A stretch of 64,000 nt of DNA from positions 372,001-436,000 of the forward strand of contig JAQGDQ010000105.1 in NCBI GenBank assembly GCA_030141605.1. Reading direction: 5' to 3'. Each line of letters begins with the position of its first letter. Within the stretch, counting starts at the first letter, position 1. Below the pieces are notes generated by a model. That model saw only the letters and a program-made list of their open reading frames with translations, ran no database searches and was not told the DNA's origin. The DNA comes from Tubiluchus corallicola. Taxonomy: Eukaryota; Animalia; Priapulida. The position numbers and the translations under genes were made by a program. Positions 12,407-24,536 of this stretch are shown here, piece after piece.

Positions 12407-14095
12407 TGTATGAATACCAGATGATACCTAGAGGATGAAATATGAGTAGATAATTTCATGCAGCGAATTAAATTGCAGATGTACAAGCTGACATTCACAA
12501 CAATTCTAGAGAATGGTGTTAGCGCTGACGCAGGTATAGAATGCAGTTATGATATATATCAATCGTATCTATTTAATCCTGGTCACAGGTGCCAGTTATG
12601 ATCTATAAATCTTATGATCCTTTTGATACTGATCTAATACACCAGTTATCACTTATTAATTATTATATCTTGTGATCGTATAGCATTCACGTGATTTATA
12701 TATTCATTTAAAATTGATTCGCTTCCCATCTTAATTAATCGCTACAAGGTGTTTTATCACCTGGCTCCTAGGGCTTAAGATTAGTCTATCGGGCGATAAT
12801 CTAGTCCCTCTAGACTGACTCTACGACTTCGCGCTGTGAGAAAAGTCTTTGTCCCTAAAGCTTTCTAGCTTAGCTCCCGCAATAGAGCTTTATTAAATTA
12901 ATTAATGATTAATACAATGCGAATCTACAGGTTCGTTATCGAATCTAGTATTGCTTAACTTTAAACACCTATAAGCATACATGAACTCGTAATTTAAGTC
13001 AAAGTGAATAAGCTTTTATTGGTTTACAACAATTACTCTTAGCTAGATATTTGTACACGATTTGTTCTTAGAAGCTGGTCGGCGTTCACAAATAATGTTT
13101 AGCTCCAAGAGATACACTAGCAATTCACTTAGCAATTCTCGTACGTTGCACTTAAGGTGCTAAATACAATGCGAAGTATACACTTTACAATCAATCCGTA
13201 TGCTACACTTAAGGTGTCTACTACAATGTGAACTACTACTATGCAGAGTTACTCTCAAGTTACTAATGCGTTAAGATTACTTAACTCGGTGGAATGACCA
13301 ATGCAACTCCCGTACACTTGGTCAAATCCAATGCTTCTGTAAGACTGTTCGTAGATCCAGTGCTCAGACGTTTAGCTGAGGACGTAGAACGATGGTCCAC
13401 GCTGGTTCGAAACGAAGTCTACACTCTGTCAGATTTCCTGTCGCCTCTCTCTGGCTCCTCTCTCCCTGATGTTGCTCTCTGCTCACACTCGACTAACTAA
13501 CCCCCACGTGTCTTCAAACACGGGCTTATAACTCCAAGTTCCGCTTTGCGTAATTTCGCGCTCAAACGCAATATGGTGCAATAAGGTGAAAGGGTGACAT
13601 CCTTGGCTTTACCCTGCCAAGAAGTTTATGACCATCCAGGTGGTTCAAGAATTCTTTCTCCTGCGTGGGAAGTTAGCTGCACGCCAGGTCTGTCTTTCAG
13701 AATTCCTTGCTCCCAAAGTCTCCTCGTAGCTTGGCGTTGGCCATAAAGCTTTCTTTCCAAAGAAGTTTTGCTTCTCGCGACTTCTTAATAATTACGTGGA
13801 ACTCTGCATATGTTATATAGAGCGTTTATCTACGCTTGCATAAGGTTATAAAACAAGATTACGCTCTCGCTTAATGAACACCTGTTTACCTTCAGTAAAC
13901 GCAAAAACACACCTGTGAAAATAATTTGCTTCGCATTAAATCTCGTGCCTTGCCAGCTGAGTGAGTTCTTATAATCAATCAATAAATTTATGTTATCAAA
14001 TCAAGGAGGTATCCGTTTTATCAACTGAATCTGATTCAGTTGATAATTCTATTAATTAATCTCCAAATTACCGATTCATAAATTAATTCATGACA
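12407..14095 (-). mobile_element. Probable solo LTR (~1.6-1.7 kb), reverse orientation
   Basis: Minus strand begins TGTCATGAATT at 14095. TATAAG (13530) lies ~32 nt before an Inr-like TTAGTTAGTC (13500-13491), with AATAAA at 13015-13020 and 12889-12894. The candidate far end TGTATGAAT (12407) is an imperfect inverted match. No clean TSD; left boundary uncertain. Confidence 0.45.
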
Positions 14096-14897
14096 CAGTA
14101 ATATAGATATACATCCAAATACAGACACTTATCTACATACATCTGTCCATGTACAACCTAACCGCCTGTCCAGAAACACAAAATTCAATGAACTTTTCCT
14201 GTGAGATTTGTTTGCTTAACAATTCAAAATAAATCACTTCCATCTCTAAACCAATCAAGGCTGTTGCAGCAAGTATTTGTTAAAACGAAAGTGCAAGGCA
14301 ACTAAATTGTAAATCCCCCATTTTCTGCTCTAGCTCTCTCCAACTCGATTAACTATAGACAGAGTAATGCTTAACAAGCAGAATTGCATTTCGTGAAACC
14401 ACACAAGTACTTAGCATTCTTCTCCAAGCACTTCAATATTTCAGGCTGAAAATCCCTACGTTGTCACCAAACTAATTATTGTACTTTTGTTTGTGAGTAA
14501 TCAAATACTCTTTGCGTACATTTACTTTTTGAGAGACATGTTTTTGCCTCACATCTGATTTGATGGCAGCTCCTTTGATGCGTTTTGACTTAGAGAACGT
14601 TGAATGGCTTCCTTTATACTTGAGCAGCCTATAAAGAAATGCCGATGCAACCTGTGGCTTGTCACAGAAATTTGAATAAGGACATATAGATCTGCATAAT
14701 GTGAGAAGAGGGCTGCTACATGAAGACAAGAGACGGGTGCTCTCGATAAGTAAGAAACATAATACATTTCCTGCTTTTTCCACAACACTTATTATTTTGT
14801 GCAATCACTAATTAATAATAACAGAGTGTTCCAATATATATCCCAAACACCTGGTTATGTACCGGAGGAAGAAAAGCGGCCGAGCCGTGGGTTAAGT

Positions 14898-15410
14898 CAC
14901 GGTTCCAAACCTTGAGGTCGCGTCCGCAATTGGGGTCGCAGGCTAGTCCAAAAACTATTTTTAAAAAATGTTCTTTTCATGAAAGGTGTGTAAGTAGGTC
15001 TTGTTTCCTCAGTCTCTGATTACATATTTTGTTCTAGAAAGTGAAACAGGATTTTCCCGCCAACAATGCGGTATACCAGTGCTTGATTTTCCGGGATAAC
15101 GAAAATGCGCGTTGTTCTGTACATGTACACCGTCCGAAAGCGTGTCGCTATTCATTTTACATCGGGTACACTTAGATACCTATTGCATTGCAATACTTGT
15201 CACTGAGAAACAGATGCAACATCACATGAATGAATTAACGAAATAATCACTCGTCATTCAATAATTTGCTGAATAGTAAGTTTAAATTAGTAAATGCGAA
15301 CGATACATGATGTGTAACAGTATAACATGCGATTATGTTCTTGGTGGGACCGCGAAATGATGCAGGGTTCTGGAAAGATGTCACCGTCAACAAAAGGTTG
15401 GGAACTACTG
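14898..15410. mobile_element. Non-autonomous hAT (Charlie-like) DNA transposon/MITE
   Basis: TIRs CACGGTTCCAAACCTT ... AAGGTTGGGAACTACTG (consensus CAGTGGTTCCCAACCTT), subterminal GGGGTCGC motifs, and an 8-bp TSD GGTTAAGT (14890-14897) / GGCTAAGT (15411-15418) with one mismatch. Confidence 0.85.
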
Positions 15411-16659
15411 GGCTAAGTAAACAGATGTTGCTACGTAAAAGTTATTATCATTATGCTCAGCCAGGCGTATGGGATCTTTTTTCCTGGCTGGAAAGCTTTC
15501 AAATGTAAGTGCAGCTACAAATGGTGAAAGCTTTTAGAGATCGGAGTCAATTTCATAAGGAAGAATCAGCAAAATTTCTAGTTTTTTTATATTATTTTAA
15601 TACGCCACTTCGTTTAACAATTCCAAAAATTCGTTTCTTGGAAAAGTGTGGCTTCCATTCTCTCTCGAAACTGCAGAATTCAAGCAGCAACAAAGCTAGT
15701 TGTTGGCAACTCGCGAACTTCGCCATTTAGCAGAAATCATCATTCATCCGCAGAGCTAAGAATCCATCCTGCACGTTAATCAACAATCAATGAGACGCAT
15801 TTGCAAAACGCTATTTCTTCAGGCGGTATCAGACGTATTTATTCATTTTCTCTGAGTTGCATGATTTGCGTCACCGCTGATTAGTCACTGCGAGGCTAAT
15901 TATGAATCAGAGCAGATTAGCTATAGTCACGGTGGTATTAGTTTTTTTAGGAATATCAACTTTGACTTGGAAAAAACACTAAGGATGAAATAAGTTGGGT
16001 ATTGTATTTCAGACGTATCGCCTGTAAAAAATGAAGTGAAACATGATAAAAACCGGAACAGACACGACGTGCCTTTACTTGTGCTCAAACATATACAACA
16101 TTTTTCTCGATTGTTTGAAGTAGAAATATTTGTGGTTAATTAGTAATTTAGTATATTGCAGAACAATTTTGATAGCGGCAAGTGTCTATTTCTGACTACG
16201 CTTTTTTGCAGTCTTAATAACATTACATCTCAACATGTTTATCAGCAGTTCGTTTCGGATACTGAAGCCATCGTCAAACTATAAATCAAGCCAAGGAGTA
16301 AATAACACATTAATGATACAAATGCACAAACTGAAACTACAAAACAACAGATTAAAATTTAACTTATCAAAATAGACTAGGTTGAAACGGAAGAAGTTGC
16401 AGAGAAATGTACAAAGTATTTATCTAACACATGAAAACAAAAAGAGATCACAACAGGTAAACAATTAATCCAAGTCTACATAATGAAAAATCACAGCAAT
16501 AAGCATTATAAGAATAAAAGACAACTTCTACATTTTGCACAATTTACAACAAGTGGGAACTACAATAAGGGAAAGCAGCAGTATGTGCATGTGAAAGTGA
16601 CAAGAGACTAAATCCACCAGGACCACTATAGACCCTGAGTAACATAATCAAAAAAATTT

Positions 16660-16940
16660 CAAAACACAGAAACAGATAGAGTGCGACAAGGTACCACCGA
16701 TGATAGCTGCGTATGAAGAATTGGGCGGTGCTTCATAATATATAAGGCCTCTGTTATCTTGAGATCTTGAACATTACTTGCACTATATAAATGCTAAATG
16801 CAGAATTGAATCTATCCCAATCAACTCCGCATGCAGTACGGTGAGAGACCAAACTGGCCTTTGCGATGCTCCCCAATTCTAGTACAAAGATTGTGCTTCG
16901 TATGACCAATGTAAGACGCCAGGCACACATTACATTTGCT
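16660..16940 (-). mobile_element. Penelope-like element, GIY-YIG endonuclease C-terminal fragment (frameshifted)
   Basis: Minus-strand translation KCNVCLASYIGHTKHNLCTRIGEHRK / SLVSHRTACG...FSI / DLKITEALYIMKHRPILHTQL fits the PLE GIY-YIG pattern CxxC...YIG.T...L..R..EH...H...EA..I....P.LN.Q. Confidence 0.85.
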
Positions 16941-17079
16941 TTCCTTGTTTCCATTATTTCATTATTTCTAATAATGCTTAAATGATAAATAAATAAGTTA
17001 AAACTCTGCCCGCAACCAGGGGTCAATTTATATAAATATAATGTCTTTTTTAAAATAAGAGATTAATCATCGTCGTCAT

Positions 17080-17335
17080 CAACGTCTCGGCTGAATACAA
17101 AACCATCTTCAGCAAAATAAGGTGAGCACAGAACAGAAGCAAAACGGATACTTAATTAAACAGCGTATTGATACAAGGAAATTCATGGCGGTGATACTGA
17201 TATAGCTAACAACATACCAGTTTATTGATATATGCTTAGCATATACTGTACAAGTATCAACTACGAAGCTCTCCAGCCTTTGCTTCACCGAATTGGGTGA
17301 ATAACTGACTTTAAATACCTCTGTGACGTCATGCA
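17080..17335 (-). mobile_element. Penelope pseudo-LTR-like segment with degenerate hammerhead motif
   Basis: Minus strand: TGACGTCA...TATTTAAAG, then CTGAAGA-T-GGTT(ttgtattc)AGCC-GAGA-CGTT at 17112-17080, next to the GIY-YIG fragment. Confidence 0.5.
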
Positions 17336-17992
17336 TAGGTCACATATTTTTACTAAAATTGTTAATTTTATTAATTTGCTCATGATTTGATGGTTATTTA
17401 ATTACAAAGATACAACTATCCAACTATCAAATTGACTGAGGCGAAAAAATATGGCACAGCGTAACGTTTATTACACTGACGAAGTGGTAACTACTATCTT
17501 GTAGCATCTGAAATCTACAGAAAACTTTTCAAATCATACTGATGACACTGCCTTTCTGACAAACACTTCTTTTCTTAATTAAGCCAAGGTTCCACTCCCA
17601 CAATCAAACATTTTAGACTGTTGAACTTTGTGTTTTCCAAACCATTCTGTAGCTTTTCATTCAAATAGTGATTCTACTACTTCCGTGTTTTTCATTTTTA
17701 TTTCATGTTTATTTCGTAAATTATGAAACGCTCACGCAAATTAAAGCAAGTAAGAAGATAAAACCTCTGACATTCTCTTAATGTTGACACTTAAACAAAA
17801 GTGCAGTAGTAGAACCAACGCTAGCTAACATTCTATACGTGTATTTTGTGGGCATCAGCACGATCAGATAAAAATTTTTATGCTTCGGGTGCACCTTGTC
17901 TTGTTTATTTCTGATAAAAAAGAACAGATTTTTCTAAACATCAGCCGACATAAAAACGATTGTATCTTTTAGTAATTTTACGCCGAAATTTG

Positions 17993-18006
17993 GTTTCCAT
18001 GGCAAC
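17993..18006. promoter_or_regulatory. Consensus RFX X-box
   Basis: GTTTCCATGGCAAC is an exact match to GTTNCCATGGNAAC. Function unknown; it may be TE-borne. Confidence 0.45.
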
Positions 18007-18469
18007 GATTAGAATAGCTTAGATGGCAGTAACTGTAGCATTTTTTAAATAAATGCTCGACTTGGCGCATTGCAAAACCGAGAAAAGTTGAGCAATTGCA
18101 GTGACCAGCCATTTATTTGTTCTGTTTGCAAACGTGACATTTACATCACTACGAGGTAAAATCCTGCGGAAAAATCATCCAGCGACTAATCAGACAATAT
18201 AACGCTACAACCTTTTCACAAATTATTAAAAGCTGAAGCTATGAAATAGGGCGTTGAGAAATCAAACAAATGGATAAGCACAGTATTTGTTCCCAGTATA
18301 ACAAGGGATATCCAATAACAGTTTGTCAATAGATTTGATAGGGCCTTTAATTGACATTTTAAAGATTGGCTTTCTTTGTGGATTCTGTGGATTAAGCCAC
18401 TAACCTTTAGCTAGGCAGAGATTTTGGCCCATCTGTCAATAAATCAAGTACGGCAGAGAAATACGATAC

Positions 18470-18995
18470 GCGAAAAATAAAGAAATAATAGAAAAAAGAC
18501 GGACAAAGGCAGGAAAGGAATAACGAAAATAACGTGGAGAACCAAAGGAGAGAAAGAAGAAAATTGGAGAGGTGAAGTACTGTGAAAATTATAAAAAAAG
18601 AATAAAAATACGAAAAAAGAGAAGGAGAAAGAGGAAAGGCAGAAATAAATTATGGAAGGGTTAGACGATAAAACGCAAAAAATGCAGGAAGACAACAAAA
18701 GGAATGGCGTTAGAAAGACACAAAAGTTTTAGCGAATAATAATAAGAAAAACAAAAGAGAGAACAGTATGAGGAAAGGGCCGAAGTAGGAGACTTAGGAA
18801 AGGGAAAAATAAAGGTGAGGTGAAACGAAAGTAAAAGAAAAGCAAAAGAGAGTAAAAACAAAAAAACAGGAGAAAAGAAAAAACAGAAGCAGATGAAAAT
18901 GAAACATGAAAACTGACATCTAAAAATGCAAAAAAGAAAAAGAAGAAAATGAAATTAAGCAGAAGAATAATAAAGGCACAAGATAAAAAGGACAA
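18470..18995. repeat. A/G-rich low-complexity tract
   Basis: ~500 bp strongly purine-skewed on the + strand (GAAA/AGAA runs). Confidence 0.85.
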
Positions 18996-20694
18996 TGTAA
19001 TGTGACTATAAAATTGTCCGGATTCTTGTTTCTATTACTATGCTTAACATTTTCCAACAATGAAGCAAATACGTACGTGTCTGATTTGTACTTGGTTCCG
19101 TCCGCCTGTATTGAAAGGAATGCTGAATATTAGGCATATAATGCTGTGATACAACATCATTACTCCAATCTCCTATGCATACGTCACACGCTTTGGCTTC
19201 CCAAAATTAGCAGACTGAGACTCATCGTTTGTTTACACGATAATCAGCTTTAGGCACCATGGCACTGATTCTGCACCTAATACAGAAAATGATGATGTGA
19301 CTTATAATTACACATAATCTACAAACAACATGTAGGTCATTCTTGTACACATCATGTTTGGCTTACGTCATTGCACGAAGAGCCCTCTTGACTAGTAAGC
19401 ATAACATTTTTCAATAGCCAGCCTTTGTCATAAGAAACGACAAATGGCGAAAAGACAATACAAAAATACATTTTTAGGCATTTATACGTAATTACTCTTC
19501 AGTTTTTGTAGTGATGATGACTGAAAAAATGAAGTATACTTGATAAATATACTAATTTATGCGAGATGATATTCTCACCACTTAAGTCTCTTGATTCAGA
19601 ACTGACTGCCCTTTATGGAATGAGTAATGGTCAGCTCTTCAAAAATGTAAAGCACAGAGGACGTTCCCCTACGAGTAGAATTAATCAAAATTCACCCTTT
19701 CAGAAACCTAAAAATACTAACGATATTGTGGTGGCGTTATTACTAAATAATAGCAAAATTTATGCTTCATCCAGCTATTTACTAGGATTAATATAACACC
19801 AGGCCTTTTCAGTTTACGTCATACGGTTCCTGCACAATAAATATATGTGCAAACAATATACAACTGTGTGTGAAATAAAAAAACTAAAAACTCTGTGGAA
19901 TTTTATTATTCAACTGAGATTGAAATCCCAGATGTTCAGCGTTCCTGGTTTCCTTATCTTCTTTTTCCTTCTCCCCAGCAAATTATTTGTTTGCGGTTTG
20001 TTGTACTTACATTATATTGCCGTTGTGTAATTATTAATGTGGATTAAGTATGTTGTGTTGAAAATACGTGAACAATAATTACTTGACGCACCATAAATGT
20101 GCATATTTTTGCGTTGAAAAAAAGTGCCAGGAAACATTCAAAACACTTCAGTAAAGGGACAAAAACGCCATTTAAAATGTTTATTGTTCATATTATAAAA
20201 CAAATATAATAATAAACGTCTTAGTATAAATTGTGTTTTTGCTCTATGCAACCAACATTTTTAATTTTTTTAAATATAAAATTTTATTGTGTTGTAGGCC
20301 TATATATATATTGTATGTTTTAATGTCTTCCGTATTTGTTTACTGTGTCTGGGTGCGTAACATTTTTATAATCTGTGTAGCGGAGTATCTAAATTTTCTA
20401 TAATGCTATGTGCTTTTTAAAGTAGGAAATAAATGTTAAATAAAAAAATAAAATAAATTGAATATATCACTGCATCTGAAATAGTCACCAAATAAACAGT
20501 GCCCAAAGATTCTAGAAAATAAGCGAATTAGATCCTGGCTTTTCTAGCTCATTCCACACGTTTTATTACTTTTATTCTTTTATTAGAAGGCAATGTGGGT
20601 CCATTTACACTACACGCTGGCTAACTAGACTTACGTTGGTCTGTATTACTAAAACGGCTATCTGATTAGCCGCCTGCAATAAAACAATTCTTAC

Positions 20695-20994
20695 CAGGCA
20701 TTCAACGTGGTGTTCTTAAAGACTAAAGTTAAGAAACACCGAACCTGGTCAGTGAACGGATCAGTGACTTCCTGGAACCTGTCTTTTGGCGTTTCTGGTG
20801 TCATGCTGCCTGGAGCTGTTTACCTTGGTTGTTGAGGGAATCCCCTCTCCGTGCATATGAATGCAAGTCCAAGACAGTTCAGTTTCTCGTCCGTAAGAAT
20901 TACCCTCGATAATGACATAGGTTCCGATGCTGCTTTAACCATTTTTTGTTAAGTAGGCTCTGTCGCTGAGTGCTGAATCGCAGCTTACGGAGTG
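20695..20994 (-). other. Candidate non-coding (5'UTR) exon of the FN3-TM gene
   Basis: GC-richer 300-nt block bounded on the minus strand by acceptor TTCTTATTCTTTAATGTCAG and donor CTG|GTAAGA. Confidence 0.4.
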
Positions 20995-23900
20995 CTGACA
21001 TTAAAGAATAAGAACATTAATAAATACATATCGCTTGCATGTAAGGTTCATCTAAATCACTGAAGTGAGAAATAGACGAAGAAAGACCGGGGATGTTCTC
21101 GCCTCAAGTTGTGATATAACTGCATTAAAAATGTTTCGATGGCTTTGTTATCATAAACCCATTTGATGCATTCTATAGTTACTAGAAACATTACTTCGAT
21201 TTATGTTTGAGCATTTAAAGAGCTAATTGCTAAAAACGCAGAACACATTAAAAAAGAAACTAAAGTCAAAACAATTCAAACGTTTTGAGCAGCTAAATCA
21301 TAATAAATTTACAACTAATTAAATTAGCAATCCCTTATATTTTGTCCTATGTTTTTGAAGATACAACAATTATGCAATTACAATGTTGACATGTTCAACG
21401 GCGCAGGTGTTTACTAGTGAAGCCATAGCTGTTACAGTGGAATTTAATTAATAAAGAGCTCTTCTGCTTAGCGTCCTTGCACAAGGTACGTTTACGTTCT
21501 GACAGGTCAGAGAAACTGATTACACGATGTGAACAGCATACTAAAGGCACTTGAATTAGGAATAAGCACGTGAGCTTCTCAAAATGTAATGTAAACTAGA
21601 AAGGGTTACGAAAGTAATAATATGAAAAGCTGGCTCTGTTTAGTGTTCATAATTAATCACAGACAAGAGGAATTATTACGCAAGACAAGAAAATGTCACT
21701 TGTGAAAGCCTTTTTAATCAAAACAAATGATATCCTGATAATTTTCAACATCTAACTCTAACCTTATAGCATTTAAATTTGTAATAAATTTCAAGTATAG
21801 CAGTAAAATTTAGTGGTCAAGTTGCTGTTAACTTACAAACCAAAACAAATAACAAGCTACAGAATTTATCCTGCATCAGTTGAAACTCAACAAAGAATAG
21901 TCGAACTGAGGAAAAGGCGCAATGACAAAATTAGGCTCTCTTTACATTGTTTGCAGATTAAATGATTTCAGCTACAAAATGTTTTCATTTTTCATCCTGT
22001 AGGTCGTCAATTTTGCAAAAAACGGTTCATCTGTCTGCATCGTAGAATTTTGTTCTAAGTGCACTGTCCTGTGAGGCTGTGGCAAAACAATTGAAGACGT
22101 ATAATTAATTTTGGAGTGTCTGTCATTGTTCGGCACAACTTGATTCTCAGACATTAATAAATTATTCAAAATTGAAATTGCATATCATCACGCTAGTAAT
22201 AAATTACATGTTTCTGTTCACTTATATCGTTGTACAAATGTATGGAGTGTACATAATGGAAATATATTTGGGGCGGCTTGAAAATTGAAATATTCCATGA
22301 TCTGGTAAACTGAGGCGAGTAGCTTTGCATTCTCATTTGTCGCCTATTAAAATAAGTCGCATGTTTGCTATTGACAAGTCCTTGCTGTAATGCATGGCAA
22401 AAAATCCTTTATAATACAGGTAGAACAATTTAGAGACTATTTAGCTTCTATAAACACTCCATTTCTAACATGTGGTGTCTAAAAATGAACTCAGTTCCAT
22501 GCAACCTGCATTGAATAATTTAATGTCTGTATTTGTACATCAAAGCTAATTTTGTAACTCCACTTGCTAATTAGGATTTTATTTATTGTATTTAAATTAT
22601 TGTCTATTATACGGATGTGATATAAAATGTCAGTTGAATTCGTACATAATAGTGAAAATAGCAGAAGTTTAAATAGGTAACAGTAAGAAGAACTATATTA
22701 GGTGCGTATACATTAAAATTTTCTTATAATAAAGCATTATATACAGTTGCTAATGGCGCCTATCATTCGGATAATAATACATCATAGTGAAGTTATTCAA
22801 TATGGTGTTACAGAAAGTCACCAGAGAAACGCGTACCAGAACAACCCAGATATAGTAGTCATTTTTATAAAGACTTATTTATAGATAAACAATTGACTGT
22901 AACAATAACAATTGACTTTAATATGAAGTTTACAGACCGCGAGAAAAATACGGCCTCATTTGACAGCCACCTTGACCTAATCATATATGATAAGGAAAGT
23001 TTGACCTAATCACATATGAAAATTAGTCTTGTGACCACACAACTTTGTGCGAGACTGATATATTTCTTTCCTGTGATTTTGCCTCGGTGTAACAGTGTTT
23101 TTATATAAAGCCTTCTCCATTTATTCAAGCACCGCTAATAATTCATTTGAATCCCTTATGTCACTTCCACAACTTCCAAACATTGTTTCTGTGAGCATAG
23201 GAGGAAACGAACCAAAGGTCTATATAAGAATGTGGCTTGAGCTAAAAGGTACGCGATTGCATGAATTGATCCATACCAAATTCCTTGAAAAATCAAGCTA
23301 TCTCACTTTTGCAAATATTCAGCCATAATTCTATTAGACTCTGACAAGCACACGGTGCGCAGATGTGCCAGGAAAGTTAGGTTTTAATAAGGATTAGCTA
23401 GGGGTGTTTATCATAGCAACATCTGCATCCCAGGAAAATGATGGTAAGGAAAAAATGCTATTAGTTAGATCTACATAACTTTTCTTCTTCTGAATGACCA
23501 ATCGTCCTTTTCCGTCGCAGACTGATATCATGAAGATAGGAATTACGTTGTGACCAGAAGATAAATCATTAAAAACGCAAACATCATCAATTTACGGATA
23601 AGAATAATGTTAACTAGTTTTCTTTTGTTCTATAGAACACCTTACAGTCTCAAAATTACCCAGTTTTCTTTCGGCCTATAACCATCATATTCTGACAGTT
23701 TAGAAATCACCTGCTAATTTCTTTTTGACCTATAAACACCAACTATACTAGTTTCTAAATTACATTGAGGTCACTTAGAAGTTTCAGTAAAAAGTCTGGT
23801 TTCAATCTCAAATTGAGCGCATGAATTAGGAACTAACTAATGCTTGCCAAAAAATTGCTTACGGGGCTGCATTGCTTGCCAGAAAGACGAGTTTATCTGA

Positions 23901-24470
23901 AGTTGCTGTTTTAGACACTCCAGATGTTTTGTCAAATGCTTCTATTTACTAAAATTTTACGTTTTTAATTCGCCATTTTCTCAGCTTGCACTCTCGCGAT
24001 TAGTCTTAGTTTAGCATGTAATTAATATAACACTGCATAATTCTTGTTTACTTTCCAGAACATGCGCTGTATTTAGCGCGTGAAGCCAGCAGCGGGCGAT
24101 CAACACACATGTGTAAATATGAACAGCCAATGCATCAATGTGCACAGTATTGTGTCATCTTGTCTTACAGAAAGGTTTCTCGATTGCTTTCTGCTCGAAT
24201 AAAACGTTGAATGCAGAGAAACACTCATCGAGTTATATTCGAATTATTGGTGTATAAAATGTCTTCTAAAATAGTTTCCACTCTTGTAGCAGCAATTAGG
24301 TTGTCCTGCGAAAAGCAGATTGGATTTTAATTTATCCTATACCAAATTTTTTCCGATTGTAGCAGCTAACACATAGCAGCCTCTCTGCACTAGTATTTCA
24401 GCTAGTATTCTCCAGCAAAACTTGTACCTAATTTCTACAAAAGAAACGAAGAATCTTTAGATGGGCTTAC

Positions 24471-24472
<2 letters not shown>

Positions 24473-24533
<61 letters not shown>
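24473..24533. repeat. (TA)n microsatellite
   Basis: Perfect AT run of ~60 bp. Confidence 0.95.

Positions 24534-24536
<3 letters not shown>

Noticed and set aside
18444-18995. Phe/Leu/Ser-rich TM-like ORFs
   Set aside because: Artefacts of the A/G low-complexity tract.
23095-23328. 77-aa ORF and a faint minus-strand LYRPLVR RT-like motif
   Set aside because: Possibly a LINE relic, but too degenerate to support.
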